Shown piece by piece: positions 39,901 to 51,900 of a stretch of 64,000 nucleotides of DNA. The notes under the pieces are model-generated. The model saw nothing but the letters and a program-made list of their open reading frames with translations. It had not been told where the DNA came from and made no database searches. The stretch comes from Mytilus trossulus. Its lineage: Eukaryota. Each line of letters opens with the position of its first letter. Positions within the stretch are counted from its first letter, which is position 1. Location: NCBI RefSeq assembly GCF_036588685.1, contig NW_026963290.1, positions 5,270,001 to 5,334,000 on the forward strand, given 5' to 3'. A program made the translations under genes and the position numbers.

Positions 39901-42900
39901 AATATCACGGATGGAATAGTCCATTAGCAAGTATACTAGTATATTCAAATACAACACAATTGTTGTTTAATTCCAGGAAAAATTGTTCTTCAAGAAATCT
40001 TTACAAGTCATTTTATTGTCTGTAAATTATTTAGGAGGTCCTAGTTAATGATGCTATACCATAAGTTATCTAAGTTCATATCTGTAGTAAGGATATTTTA
40101 ACACCCTGAGGCAGAGCCGAAGGGTGTACAGGGTACTAAAGGGTGGGGGGGGGGGGGGCATAGTATTTTCTGGAACAGCCCTAACCTGAAAACAACGTTT
40201 TTTTTTTCATTATTTAAAAAAAAATTATTGGAATTTTATTTGCTTTATAGAATGAGAGGATGTACTTGTTTTATTGTATATTGTTTTTTTCTGCAGTTTT
40301 ATGACAAAATTGGTTGTCAGCATTTGAAATAGCAATATGAGAACAGCTCCCAAACTTAAATTTTGTTCTGACATAATATCACTCATAATAAAAACATTTA
40401 AAAGACTTTCTTTTATATGTATAACATCCTTTAAATTTAGTTAAATTTAAACCTGTAAGTTTCTGGTTGCTTGGAATATGTGCACCAATCCCCAGAACAG
40501 CCTGAATGGTCTCCAAATAGGTGAGGAACTATACTGTCTAATCTTTCACAAAGATCATTCTCCTTTGACTGGTTTGAACTTATGGCATACATATAACATC
40601 TAAGTATGTATGGAATGACTCCTTTCCCCTTCAGCTCTTTGTACTTATTTGCTGCTGCATACAGTTGTTTCGACAGATTTTTCTTGACATGGTTTTTATC
40701 GTCTCTTTTTTTTATGTTTGCAAACTTTTGCTTTAGCCTGGATGATGTTGTAGAGTCATTGTCTGCGTGAATTATGCCGACTGTGCACCCTCTGTTGTCC
40801 ATCCTAGTAACCATTGATAAAGCCATGTCAGGCTCCATGGCTTTACTTGATCCTGTAACAAAAAAGGACATTGTAAATACTACAATTACTTACATTTATA
40901 AGAACTATTTAAGATGACTGAAACATATTTCATCTCCCTTTTTTTACAAGTAACTTAAAAAATTATATAGTTGTTTGACATTATGACTGTGGCAGATCCA
41001 GGGTGTTTGAACCCCACTTATTTTTTTAGACGATGAATGCATTTGAATGGGGACATATAGTTGGAACCCCTCCCCCCCTTTGCCCTGGGTTGGGAATCCC
41101 CCCCCCCAACCCCTTTTTAAAATGGCTGAATCTGCCCCTGTTGGGATATGGTCAACATACATACTTGGTTTGTGAGCGCATAGCCATAAGGCGGTGTTAT
41201 GACTATGTAACCATAAACTAAATATCATTGTCCTTTTTTCAATGAAAAAAAAAAGTTGGGTTTTTTGTAACTGTTATAATTAAAACTAGACTCATTCAGA
41301 TGAAACTTTGTGGGCCTGCTGTGAATTATGAGTGGAAAATATTTTGTATCTTTACCATTATGGACATTAATTGTCAACTAAAACCAATGTATGAAATCAT
41401 AATGATTCTCCAGATATATAGGGGACAAAAGTTGTTAGAGGCGGGCATACTATAGGACAATTGCCATTTTGAGTGTTCGCTATAAAAAATTGTCTGTAGG
41501 TGCTAGTCATGGTCACACCTTGTGATATTCTTATTGTTGTTGGAATGATGAATTTGCATAAACTAAAACAGATCCTGGATAAGGAGACCTTCTCACAGAA
41601 ATCTGGATTAACCTAAATCATCGTTATTGGATTTTGCTTGAAAAAGACATTTAAAAAAAAATGTTGTTTGTGTACCATGCCAATTACTGTTGCATTGATG
41701 ATTTGGAACTGTTTCCTTTCTTCCCAAATGATGCTGGCATATACTGCATAGTTTACTTCTTACATCATAGTCTAGAACTTTACCAGTCTTTACACCAACT
41801 AGACTGGAATGTCCTGCAAAAATACAAAGTCCATGTCATTCTTATGCACATTAGAAAAGGTTAAAAACAGTTTCTGATAATTATATTCAAAAATGAAAAT
41901 ACATGAATAATGTCTGAAATTTTACTCCCACGTCATATGCATTGTCCCTTTACGCCAACATTTTACACCTCGCTAAAATATTGGTCATAAGGGCCAAGTT
42001 CCAGCCAACCCATGGTAAAATCTTGATATATTGAACTAATTGAAGCCCCATGAATTATTTCTTTAAAAAATATATGACACAGATGTAAATATGAGTTTTG
42101 CTTAGCTTTTTTGGCTGTTGAGCCGTAAGTTGCAAATAAACCTAAAAATTCCAATATAGCGGGTACATCTGACATCTGTTTCTGTTAGAATATCAAAATC
42201 TAACTTATTACCAAAGTTCATTGAAATAAAATAGTTGCTGAGAATTGGACCTTAAATTAGGCTGTTAGTTTTCTGGTTTGAATTGTTTTACACTGTCATT
42301 TCTTGACCATTTGTGGACTATGTTGTATGGGATTTGCTCATTGTTGAAGGCTGCACAGTGACCTATAGTTGTTAATTTCTTTGTGATTTGTCTCTTGTGG
42401 AGAGTTGTCTCATTTGCAATCATACCACATCTTCTTTTTAATACTTAACAGAAACAGATTACTGTAGGATAGAATGGCCTATATTTTAGTGAACCCAAAT
42501 GTACAGTTCTACTAGTTATTCCTATGGAAAATCTTTTGAACAAGTATATTGGTCTACCATGTAAAGTAGTTTGAATATGACCCTAAACAAAAAAACTTAA
42601 CCATGATCGTGAGGAAAGGAAACATATATACAGAGGGACAGTGGTAAACCTATATGTACCAATTATTTTCATAGTTGAAACCTAAATAGTTATTTTGGAC
42701 AAGTTTATTGATGTGTAAAGGTGACAGTATATAAATAACACATAGCTGAGAGGGTGATAGAGCAGATTGGTACCCCGAGAAAACATTGTCTGACAATGCT
42801 TTTTCAAGGGGTACCAATCTGCTCTATCACCCTCTCAGCTATGTGTTATTTAATTTATTATACTGAACGTCCTACCGTTTTTGTCTTTTAAAAGGATTTT

Positions 42901-45900
42901 CTATGACGTCACGTACATAACAACGTTACGAGTATTAGACATAAACAACAAGATGTTTTTATTTTTATTTTGACAGTTAAATAATAAAATTTGATCCAAA
43001 ACATACTTAAGCATTGTATTGAACTACTTGATGTAAATTCAATCCATTGTTTTTTAAATTGTCGATTTTTGATTGGTTTAGACGAGAGGGTAACATTCAA
43101 AAAAATTGTCACCCTCTCAGCTATGTGATAGAGTAGAATGACACCCTCGTATTAGCCAATCAAAATATGGCATTTTAACGTGAAGTATAATAAAATTAAT
43201 TATCACACATGTTTTACATCATTTCCTTCCGACTTGATTCAGTTTCTAAGCAACTCAGAAGCATTTACACATCAATAAACTCCTCAATTGCTATTTCTAC
43301 ATGTATAATATTGCTGATGTTGACTTGATACCTGTGTTACTGTTATATTGCCAACCAGAGCCTCTTGTTTGCCAACCAGCGTCAAAACTGCATTCTAATT
43401 CATCACTTGGAGAAATAGCTTTTTCTTCTGCACTAGCAGTTATGCAGGAATCAGATGCCTCATCAATAAGTGACAATGCTATGCATTTCTCCTTCTTTTT
43501 CAGTGTCTTAGGATCAGGTGGGGGTATGTTACATGTGCTGAGAAAATTCACAACATGATCAGGACCCATTCCAGAGTGCATCATTGCTGAAATCATTATA
43601 ATTTACTATAATTATTAATTTTTACTACCTACATGTACATACTGCATATACATATCTTTATCAATCAAATCAATTACAAATCAATAAAAGAGCAGGTGAC
43701 AATTGATAGCGCTATTACCTACTTGTAACTCAATACCATAATTCATTATGACTTTTTTAATGTTCAAGCAGAATTACAAAGAAAATAGAACTTCCTTACT
43801 TAAAATCAATTTAAGCCCATACATAAAATAAATTATTGGTTGCTGTTTACTAACTAGTCATGCTAGTGAGGTTATGAAGATAGGATTTTCTTTTCTGAAA
43901 GATGCCAAATATCCTCTGAGTTAAAAAATAGTGTTCTAAAAATAGAATAAAAAATGTTGTCCTGGGAAAGATGAAATATTTTTCTTAGTTTTACGTTAGG
44001 CAAGTTTTTAATAAGAAAGAACAATATATCATATGTACAGCCACTGCAGTGATTTGTAATAGCTACACTGTAAGCTTTATTCAATTCAATTCAATAGTTT
44101 ATTCGAAATAGCACAATAGAGGCGGCCGCGTGATCCAAATACAGACAATTGTAAATATAATAAAGATGCATGTAACAACAAGTCATAAGTCAATTTGATG
44201 CTTTATAGACATGTTAGAAATCATTGGTGTAAGTAACACTGTAAATAAAAAATAAGACTACACAGTACCAAAATTTCAACACCTATTACCCTTTTTATGG
44301 GTTTGAAAGAAACTACTTTAGAAACATTTACAAAATGTACATGTCAGAATGATAAATGAAGTACAAAATATTAAAGCTTTTTGCACTTACCAAGAGCGAC
44401 TTTTGAGTTAATATCAAATGCTCCTTTCTCATTCCGCTTGCCTGTAGATACCAGTTTCATACCAGAGCATATCTGACATGCCACCTCCAAAAGACTACCT
44501 AAGCCGTACCTGTAAGATAAAAATTTGATATAGTTATTATAATGAACAGTAGCTTACATCATTTTGGTTTATCGGGAGGCCAAACTTAAAATATATGTTG
44601 TTTCCCCTTTCAGACAAAAAATATATTTACAGGGACTGGGTAGGTGCATACATGTATACAATAATGTACCTGAAGGTTCATGTAGGAAAAATAACTTATG
44701 TTGTATTTATGAAGGGAAGTTTACCAAAATGTCAAGAAATTTACATTTTTATTATCTACATGTATCATAGTCTATCAATAGACTTGAAAGAAAAGAACTA
44801 TTTCTATTAAGAATGTCAAAACAAAATATTTTGAGTAGGGTCTGTAGGGACATTTTTGTTGGGTAGTTATATATATAGGTTGCATTATATAAGGGAAGAG
44901 GAAAGAAACAAAATTTTATTTATATATGATGTGGTATGATTTCCAGTAAAACAACCATCTACACAAATCTCAACAAGAGACCAAATGATGCAGAATTTAA
45001 CAACTACAGGATATTAGGTCAGCCAGGGCCTACAAAAAATGAGTAAAACCCATATAGCATAGAAAAATTAAGAAATAATTACAGTGGAGTCCCCGGTGTC
45101 CGCGCGGTCCGTGATATCGCACATTAGCTGATTTTGTCATATCAACACAGTAACACAAACAAAATCGTTCTTGTTATTGTTTTAGCCTTCCGAAGGGATG
45201 AAAAAGAACAAAATTGATAAGTTCAAGAGTTAAATAATAACTGCAATCCTGTGATTTGCCATATTTGGCCATTTTCCATTTAAAAAATACATCATAAGAT
45301 AAAATTTGTTTTATTTAAGTCAAACTTGTATCAGATTGAAATAATTTTTTCTCTGCATCCTTGGCAGTGTATTTGATTCAAACTCAGCTATATTTCGTAG
45401 TATAAAATCTTCCCTTTATTTAAAATAAGCTATTTTTGGAAGGCATGCACGAACTCACTGGACATTGGAGAAACTCTCAGAACAGGGGTTTCCCTAATTT
45501 TAGACACACATTACACAAAATCTAGAGAATGAAAACATGCAAACAGAAGATTTTATGAAATAAAAGTATGTTATGAATTTCTTCACACAATATTATCCAA
45601 TTATTAGTTTTATCAGTTGAATGAAGTAAATTCGTAAGTCTTAGGTGCACGGATACACCGGACTGCACTGTACATGAATTATTTCATGACATGCTCTATG
45701 CTCATTTTAACATGGGTAGGCATTATATTTGTTAATATCTTAATACTGAGGGTTAGCTATATAACATGCCAGGAACTGAGGAATGTTTCAAATCTAACTT
45801 GATTTTTCATAGCTTGCCTTAGTCCAAATAATTATGTATTTCCTACAAAGTACAAGGGTTTAGATTGAGAGAAAAATTGTAATGATTTCTGACAGCAGGA

Positions 45901-48900
45901 CATATTTGAAGGTGAATTGCAATCATATTCCTACAAACTTCACATGGTTTACATAGTTTTGTAAAAAATGAAGGGGTGCTGAAAATTATTGTTTACCTCA
46001 TTTCACCAACTATATCCTTCAGATGGAGTGGGGTGTTGCATCTGTTGCAGAAGAGTTGTTCCGCTAGAACTTCCAACTCAACAACCCTCCTGCCTTCATT
46101 CCATGAGATGTTTTTACTCTGTCCGATATCAGTTGAAACCGTAACATTCGAGGCAATGTTTTCAACTAATACCGGTGTCTGTTCTTTTGTCGGTTCCGAT
46201 GGCATTTCTCCCCTCGAACCGTATTCATGGTCTCCCCATTGAATCAAATTACCACTCTCATTTAAAGAGTCCATCCTTGTGGATTTTTTAAATCTGTCTT
46301 TCCTAATAAACCGACCGCGAACACGAAGGCGGTCGCGGTCGTCTGCCATTTTGTTGTTTATCTTGTCTACGGATTGCGTAAAAAAAGAATCGGAACCGAT
46401 TTTAATTACGCAAAATGCACGTGCTATAATAGGTCATGTGATACCCGTCCGTCTCTACCTTAATGATAAAGCACATGGAAACTGTTTACAGGTATCCATG
46501 AAGTCACGGAGGAGTACTTTACGCTGTCGTCTCGTGTCAATTTTAAGACAAATAACAAAGAAACAAGTTTATTAGTAAACTGTTTATACAGATTCAGGCA
46601 CATGTAATGATGTGTGATGATATCATTGACGATGATGCAGCGGATATTTATAACTGACACGATAACCATTCTGCCTCAAACAAATCGGGTTCAGAATCTG
46701 TGGAGCCTGACTTTATTGAACCAATTTCAGTGGTTTAATAATTCGACAGCAGCTTGAAGTATGACATATTTTCTACAAATTGTTGTGAAGACGACAAAGA
46801 TGAAACCACTCCTCCGTGACTAAAATCTTCATGGATATCTGTAAACACGCCTGTACGGAGGAAGGGCTCATTTCAATGTTAATGGATATAGATCATGCCA
46901 AATCAATAAGAAGCCACCCTAACTACACAAAGATGTAGAGAAAATGAATGGTTAGCTTGAGAAATAAATATACTCTCTCTATATCTCTATCTTCGATTGC
47001 AATGAGTATGCTCCTTTAGGATAAGGGGGGCTGCCCCACTCATTGCAATTATTCTCTTTCTCACAATATTAAATATACCCAAACTGTGTGGCCTGTGTGA
47101 ATTCAATTAAAACATGTCCTTAGGAGCTATGCTGCCAATTTTTGTTATGCATTAAAAACATTCAGTACAGACCATTTTATACTTTTAATGGGGTGCTTAG
47201 CATTGATTTCACCCCAAACTTTAGATTTCTTTGGTTTTCATTAAAGCCTGGCAAACATATAACCTTATCACATATAATTAAATATTGTTAGAAATATGAA
47301 AACAGTCGGATGTTTTTTTTAAATTGAGGAAGATTCAATGGTTATTTTTTTTTATTAAAAATACACTCTTTAATAATTGTCTTATAAATCTATAATATAT
47401 ACATTTTTCTAATGAAAATACTCTACTCATGAAAACATTCTAGTCAAGAAGCATACATGTCTGAATATATTTCATTAAAACAGTTCTAGTCATAATGACA
47501 TTCCTTGTTTATAAGTGTTCCAGTATTTAATAATTATGCCATATTTTATGTCATAAATTGGATAATGACACTATGTTTAAAGTTTCAGTTTTGGTTAAAA
47601 AGTTTTTTTATCTGAAAATGCCTGTTCATTTGATGTTGGTTTTCAGCATGTCCAGTGTTCTTTATTTTAAAATGTTTTTTTTTCTTCGCAAGAAACTTGG
47701 TTTAGTGTAACTGCTTGATTAAACTGTATTTTGGCTGATAAAATAAAATATTTTTCCTACCTACCGACCCTTCAGTCTGAAGGTACAGTCGGAAAACTGC
47801 AAACAAACATATTTTTAAGGTTGGCCTTAATTGACTCGCCAGGTATTTAGAATTAAAAATTATTAAGCTGAGCACACCTATATATAACTTTAATTATTTT
47901 TTCCGGTTTTGAAGAATAAGGGTGTGCCGATTTATGCAGTGAAATAATAGTATGGAACATATATATGTCTCTGTGTATTAAAAGTAAGCAGAAAAATAAT
48001 AAACACATCCTTGAAATAACTAACAAAATATAAAAAAATATATATTCACGGCGATATTATTTAGAACTAAACACAGATTGATACATATGTAATATAGATT
48101 TATTGTGTAGCAAAGTTAATTTTATAATTCTGTTCTTTTAAGTTTGATTTAAAAAACAAAAATTAAATGTAAAGGACGCGGACCATGATAGAAGTTGTTA
48201 TAAATGAAGATGAGATGACACATCTTTGGGAATAAACTTTGCACAGTGGGTGATTTCCTCCCAGGTCAGGTGTGAAAGGATAGATTTTTATATTCGTTTA
48301 GTGTCCATGTAAACTTTAATTAATACACGAAGTTATAATTATGATATGTGTCAAGTTTTTAAAATGACATGAAGCTGAAGATATAGATTAAAATAAAAAG
48401 TGAATAACTTTTAAGAATGTTGCAGAATATTACTTTAATTTATTAGGAATAATACTAGGTTACGTATTAAATGTTTTAAACATGTGTTTTAAAATATTTG
48501 TCAGTTATACTGAAAATTAAATAATGTACAAAAAAATGTACAAAGCTCCTTGTATGCTTAAGGTACTATGGAACAGAATAAATTCTTTTAGCCTTCGCCT
48601 TTTTACAAAAATCTGTTATTTTTTTTTCTTCTAGTAATTTAAATTGTTTTTGCTTATACCGGTATCTTGACATATATGTGTACCATATTTAGAGTGAACT
48701 TTTTAAAAAGGTTAATATTGGAACCTATTAAATTTAAATTGAATATAGGACAGTAAATACACCCAGCCGCAAGGACTTATTCTTATGTTAGTCAATATAT
48801 GATTTTCAGGCATTTTTACCCGAGCAAGTATGAAATCCTATAAGACAACTATTTTCAGTCAGGATGGGTTCAGACAGTTTACAGCTATAAGCCTGCCACC

Positions 48901-51900
48901 AGTGCATACACTATACTGAAAGCAGATGTTAGGCCTTCACAAAGACTGAACGAGGAACCTCATCACCCATGGGTTGCCCTCTCTGGAGATGGTTCAGTAG
49001 CCGTGGCTCACTGCAATTGCATGGCAGGGTAGGTTTTAAAATCGTATTGAAATCATTTATATTTATTATATGCATTCAGGTTACTTTGAAGGTTGTTCTC
49101 TTTTTTTTTTGATTTGCTTACGACTGTTAATGTAAAGACAGGAAAAAAGTAATGGAAAAAAGGTCACAATATTTTTTTATGTATGAAACTTGTCATAATA
49201 GTCTGTACACATATATCTTTAGATAGCAAAACAAAAATCCTATTTTTTTTTAGGCTTGCAGAATCATGTTCCCATATTGCAGCCCTTCTCTTCAAAGTAG
49301 AAGCCGCTGTGAGACTGGGATATACCACTAAACTTTGCACTGAGCTACCATGCAAGTGGAATGCTGATTTCGTTAAAAAGGTACAGCCTGCGCCCGTAAA
49401 AGACATCCAATTCTATAAAACCAGCTGTATAAACAAAGCAAAGAAGGTAAAAGTTCGACATTTGTCATCAACCCAACAAGAACAACAGACTCTTCTTCAA
49501 ACTTTGCATGCTTGTAACAGCAAACCTTTGGTTTTAAGTACATTTGACAACTTCTCTGACAAATTTCACTGGCAAAAAACTGTTTCCTCAGATCCGATTG
49601 TACCACAATGTCTTAGATCTCTGTACAAGACAGAGTATGCAGACTTCACAAAAATAGATTTAAGCAGGAAATGCTCCGAAATTAATGATAGTTACAGCAT
49701 GAATAAAGAGACAATCATGTATATCTACGATGTTACTCAAAAACAGAGCTCATCTTTAACATGGCATGAACAACGCATTGGTCGAATAACATCTTCAGTA
49801 GTGTACAGTGTTTTACATACAGATTTCAACAATCCAGCGCCATCACTACTTAAAACTTTGTGTAACCCTAGTTCAAAATCACTTCATCATGTACCTGCAA
49901 TTCATTGGGGTAAAGAAAATGAAAAAGTTGCGCTGCATCAGTACAGTGCAACCATGAAGACACAACATCAACATTTTAATATGAGTTCTGCAGGCTTCCT
50001 AATTTCTAAAGAAACCCCTTTTATTGGTGCTAGTGCTGACTCTGTAGCCAGCTGTTCCTGTCACGGAAATAGAGTTATAGAGGTCAAATGTCCGTTCAGT
50101 CACAAGGAATCGACATTACAGGAGTATGTAAAAGACCCTTCATCCTGCATTGTGGCTAATGGCAGAGAGGTGAAGACTACACACAAATATTACTATCAAA
50201 TCCAGCTTCATATGTACGTGCATGATGTAAATTTATGTGACTTGGTAATTTATACATCAAAGGTAACAGCGATATTTTATATTTTACGCAATGACATCTT
50301 CATTAAAGATATGATAACAAAACTGAAAGATTTTCACATTCGTCATGTGATGACAGAATTATTGACGAGACAATTGGAAAACAAGATTAAACAAGTACCT
50401 TTGAGAAATGATAAATTGTATTGCTACTGCCGATCAAAGGATGATGGAAAGGAGAATATGATTGGTTGTGACAACCCACAATGTAAAACTCAGTGGTATC
50501 ATCTTAAATGTTTAAAAATGAAAAGAATACCAAAAGGACAATGGTTATGTAAAGACTGTAAAAACATTCCCGTTACTAGCTCTTAATAAATACTTTTGCA
50601 TGTGGACCTGTCACCATCAGAAACGTATATAATAGTGTTCAACTTTTGTAGTTATTTATTGTTACAATTCTGTTTTTGGAGACCATTACAGCAAATTTCC
50701 TAATGCATGTAAAGGAAAACTTTGTTGGCTTGTTTGCTTTGTTTGTATAATTGTTGACACAAAAGCATAGTTAAACTGTATAAATAATATTTGAATTTAA
50801 TTGGGTGTTATCCTAATGATTGTACAATATGAAAACAAAGCAAGCAAGTTAACTTAAGTCTTGCTCTACATGCTGTAGGAAATGAGCTGTAAATGTTGAA
50901 CTCAACAACAGTCAGATATTGATCATAAGTAGATATAGGAAGATGTGGTGTGAGTGCCAATGAGACAACTCTCCATCCAAATAACAATTTAAAAATTAAA
51001 CCATTATAGGTTAAAGAACGGCCTTCAACACGGAGCCTTGGCTCACACCGAACAACAAGCTATAAAGGGCCCCAAAATTACTAGTGTAAAACCATTCAAA
51101 CGGGAAAACCAACGGTCTAATTGCATGCATACATGTATATGTAACCTAGAACTACATATATTTTTTATTTACTATGTATATACAGTCAATATTTGAAAAT
51201 AATAAACATTTATCATTCAGCCACTCTAAAAAGGATGTTCTAAATTAGAGGTATTGTTAATCACTTTCCTCATTGTAGACAATTCCTTCCCCCATGTTGG
51301 TTAATGATCCGCAAATGCGGACGAGTTTGTCTATTCGAGCTTGCTTCTTGGTGGATGCTAAAAGGAAAATCCACTTCACATCACCAGATTTAGCAGTGAA
51401 AAGGGTGAAATTTTTCCTTTTAGCTACGTTTTCATAACGCTCTATTTTTTTCTGTTGAACTGTCTTTGTATTGGTTACAGCAAAGGAGAACACGGAAGGC
51501 ACATAGTCAGGGTGGTCGTGATCTTCATTTGGTTTACCTGAAATATTATATTTACTCAATTCAGTTAATGGAAAAAAATTGATTAGAGGTTAGATAGTCT
51601 AGATATATTTTTAAATACATGTACTATACAAATAGTTCAAATCGAGAGGTGTATTTATTTGAATTTGTTTTGATTTTAAACAGCGTATTTTAATGACCAA
51701 TAAATTCAAGGTAACATTTAAAATTCGGGTTTCACTTGTCTTAATGCAAACACAATACTTATTTATGTTAATGTGGTCAGAATCACCTTTCTGTTAATTA
51801 GTTTCAATTCAAGATAAACAGTTCGTATGTTATCAGACTGATCAACTTGTTAGCACCTTATAAAAACAGCTTGATTCTAAATTTTATCTTTGCCAGATGA

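Larger units (their letters stand above)
32039..46459 (-). mobile_element. Kolobok-type DNA transposon, 14,421 bp, apparently autonomous, inner layer
   Basis: TTAA (32035-32038)|GGTAGAGAAGGAC ... GTCCGTCTCTACC|TTAA (46460-46463): TIRs match at 12 of 13 bp, RR...YY termini, TTAA TSD. Contains an intact transposase gene whose ATG lies 110 bp from the right end. Confidence 0.87.
31811..47826. mobile_element. Non-autonomous GGC...GCC element with 3-bp TTA TSD (Zator- or Harbinger-like), middle layer
   Basis: Left GGCTTAAATTAAAATATTGTTTGTTTGCAGTTTACCGAC versus reverse complement of the right end GGCCAACCTTAAAAATATGTTTGTTTGCAGTTTTCCGAC. TTA at 31808-31810 and 47827-47829; removal restores the frame S-Y-L-I-D-S-P. 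About 1.6 kb once the inner element is subtracted. Confidence 0.88.
31640..50586 (+). pseudogene. SWIM - YqaJ/lambda-exonuclease (PD-(D/E)XK) - PHD finger gene of the outer element, disrupted
   Basis: Exon 1 is 31640-31810 + 47830-47842 (...[13 protein letters not shown]|IDSPG, split by a 16-kb insertion). Exon 2 is 48810-49028 ([12 protein letters not shown], frameshift, NYFQSGWV...AHCNCMAG). Exon 3 is 49254-50586 ([13 protein letters not shown]; [32 protein letters not shown]; PHD YCYC...CDNPQC...YHLKC...WLCKDC). Confidence 0.88.

Noticed and set aside
32039-46459. Classifying the inner element as Mutator, piggyBac or KolobokP
   Set aside because: The TSD is 4-bp TTAA, not ~9 bp as in Mutator. 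The termini are GG...CC, not CC...GG as in piggyBac. I saw no long terminal direct repeats or His-Me nuclease ORF, which define KolobokP.
49183-49253. N-terminus of the 467-aa ORF
   Set aside because: It is intron sequence: a T-tract and AG acceptor at 49252-49253 join to the upstream exon and complete the SWIM motif.
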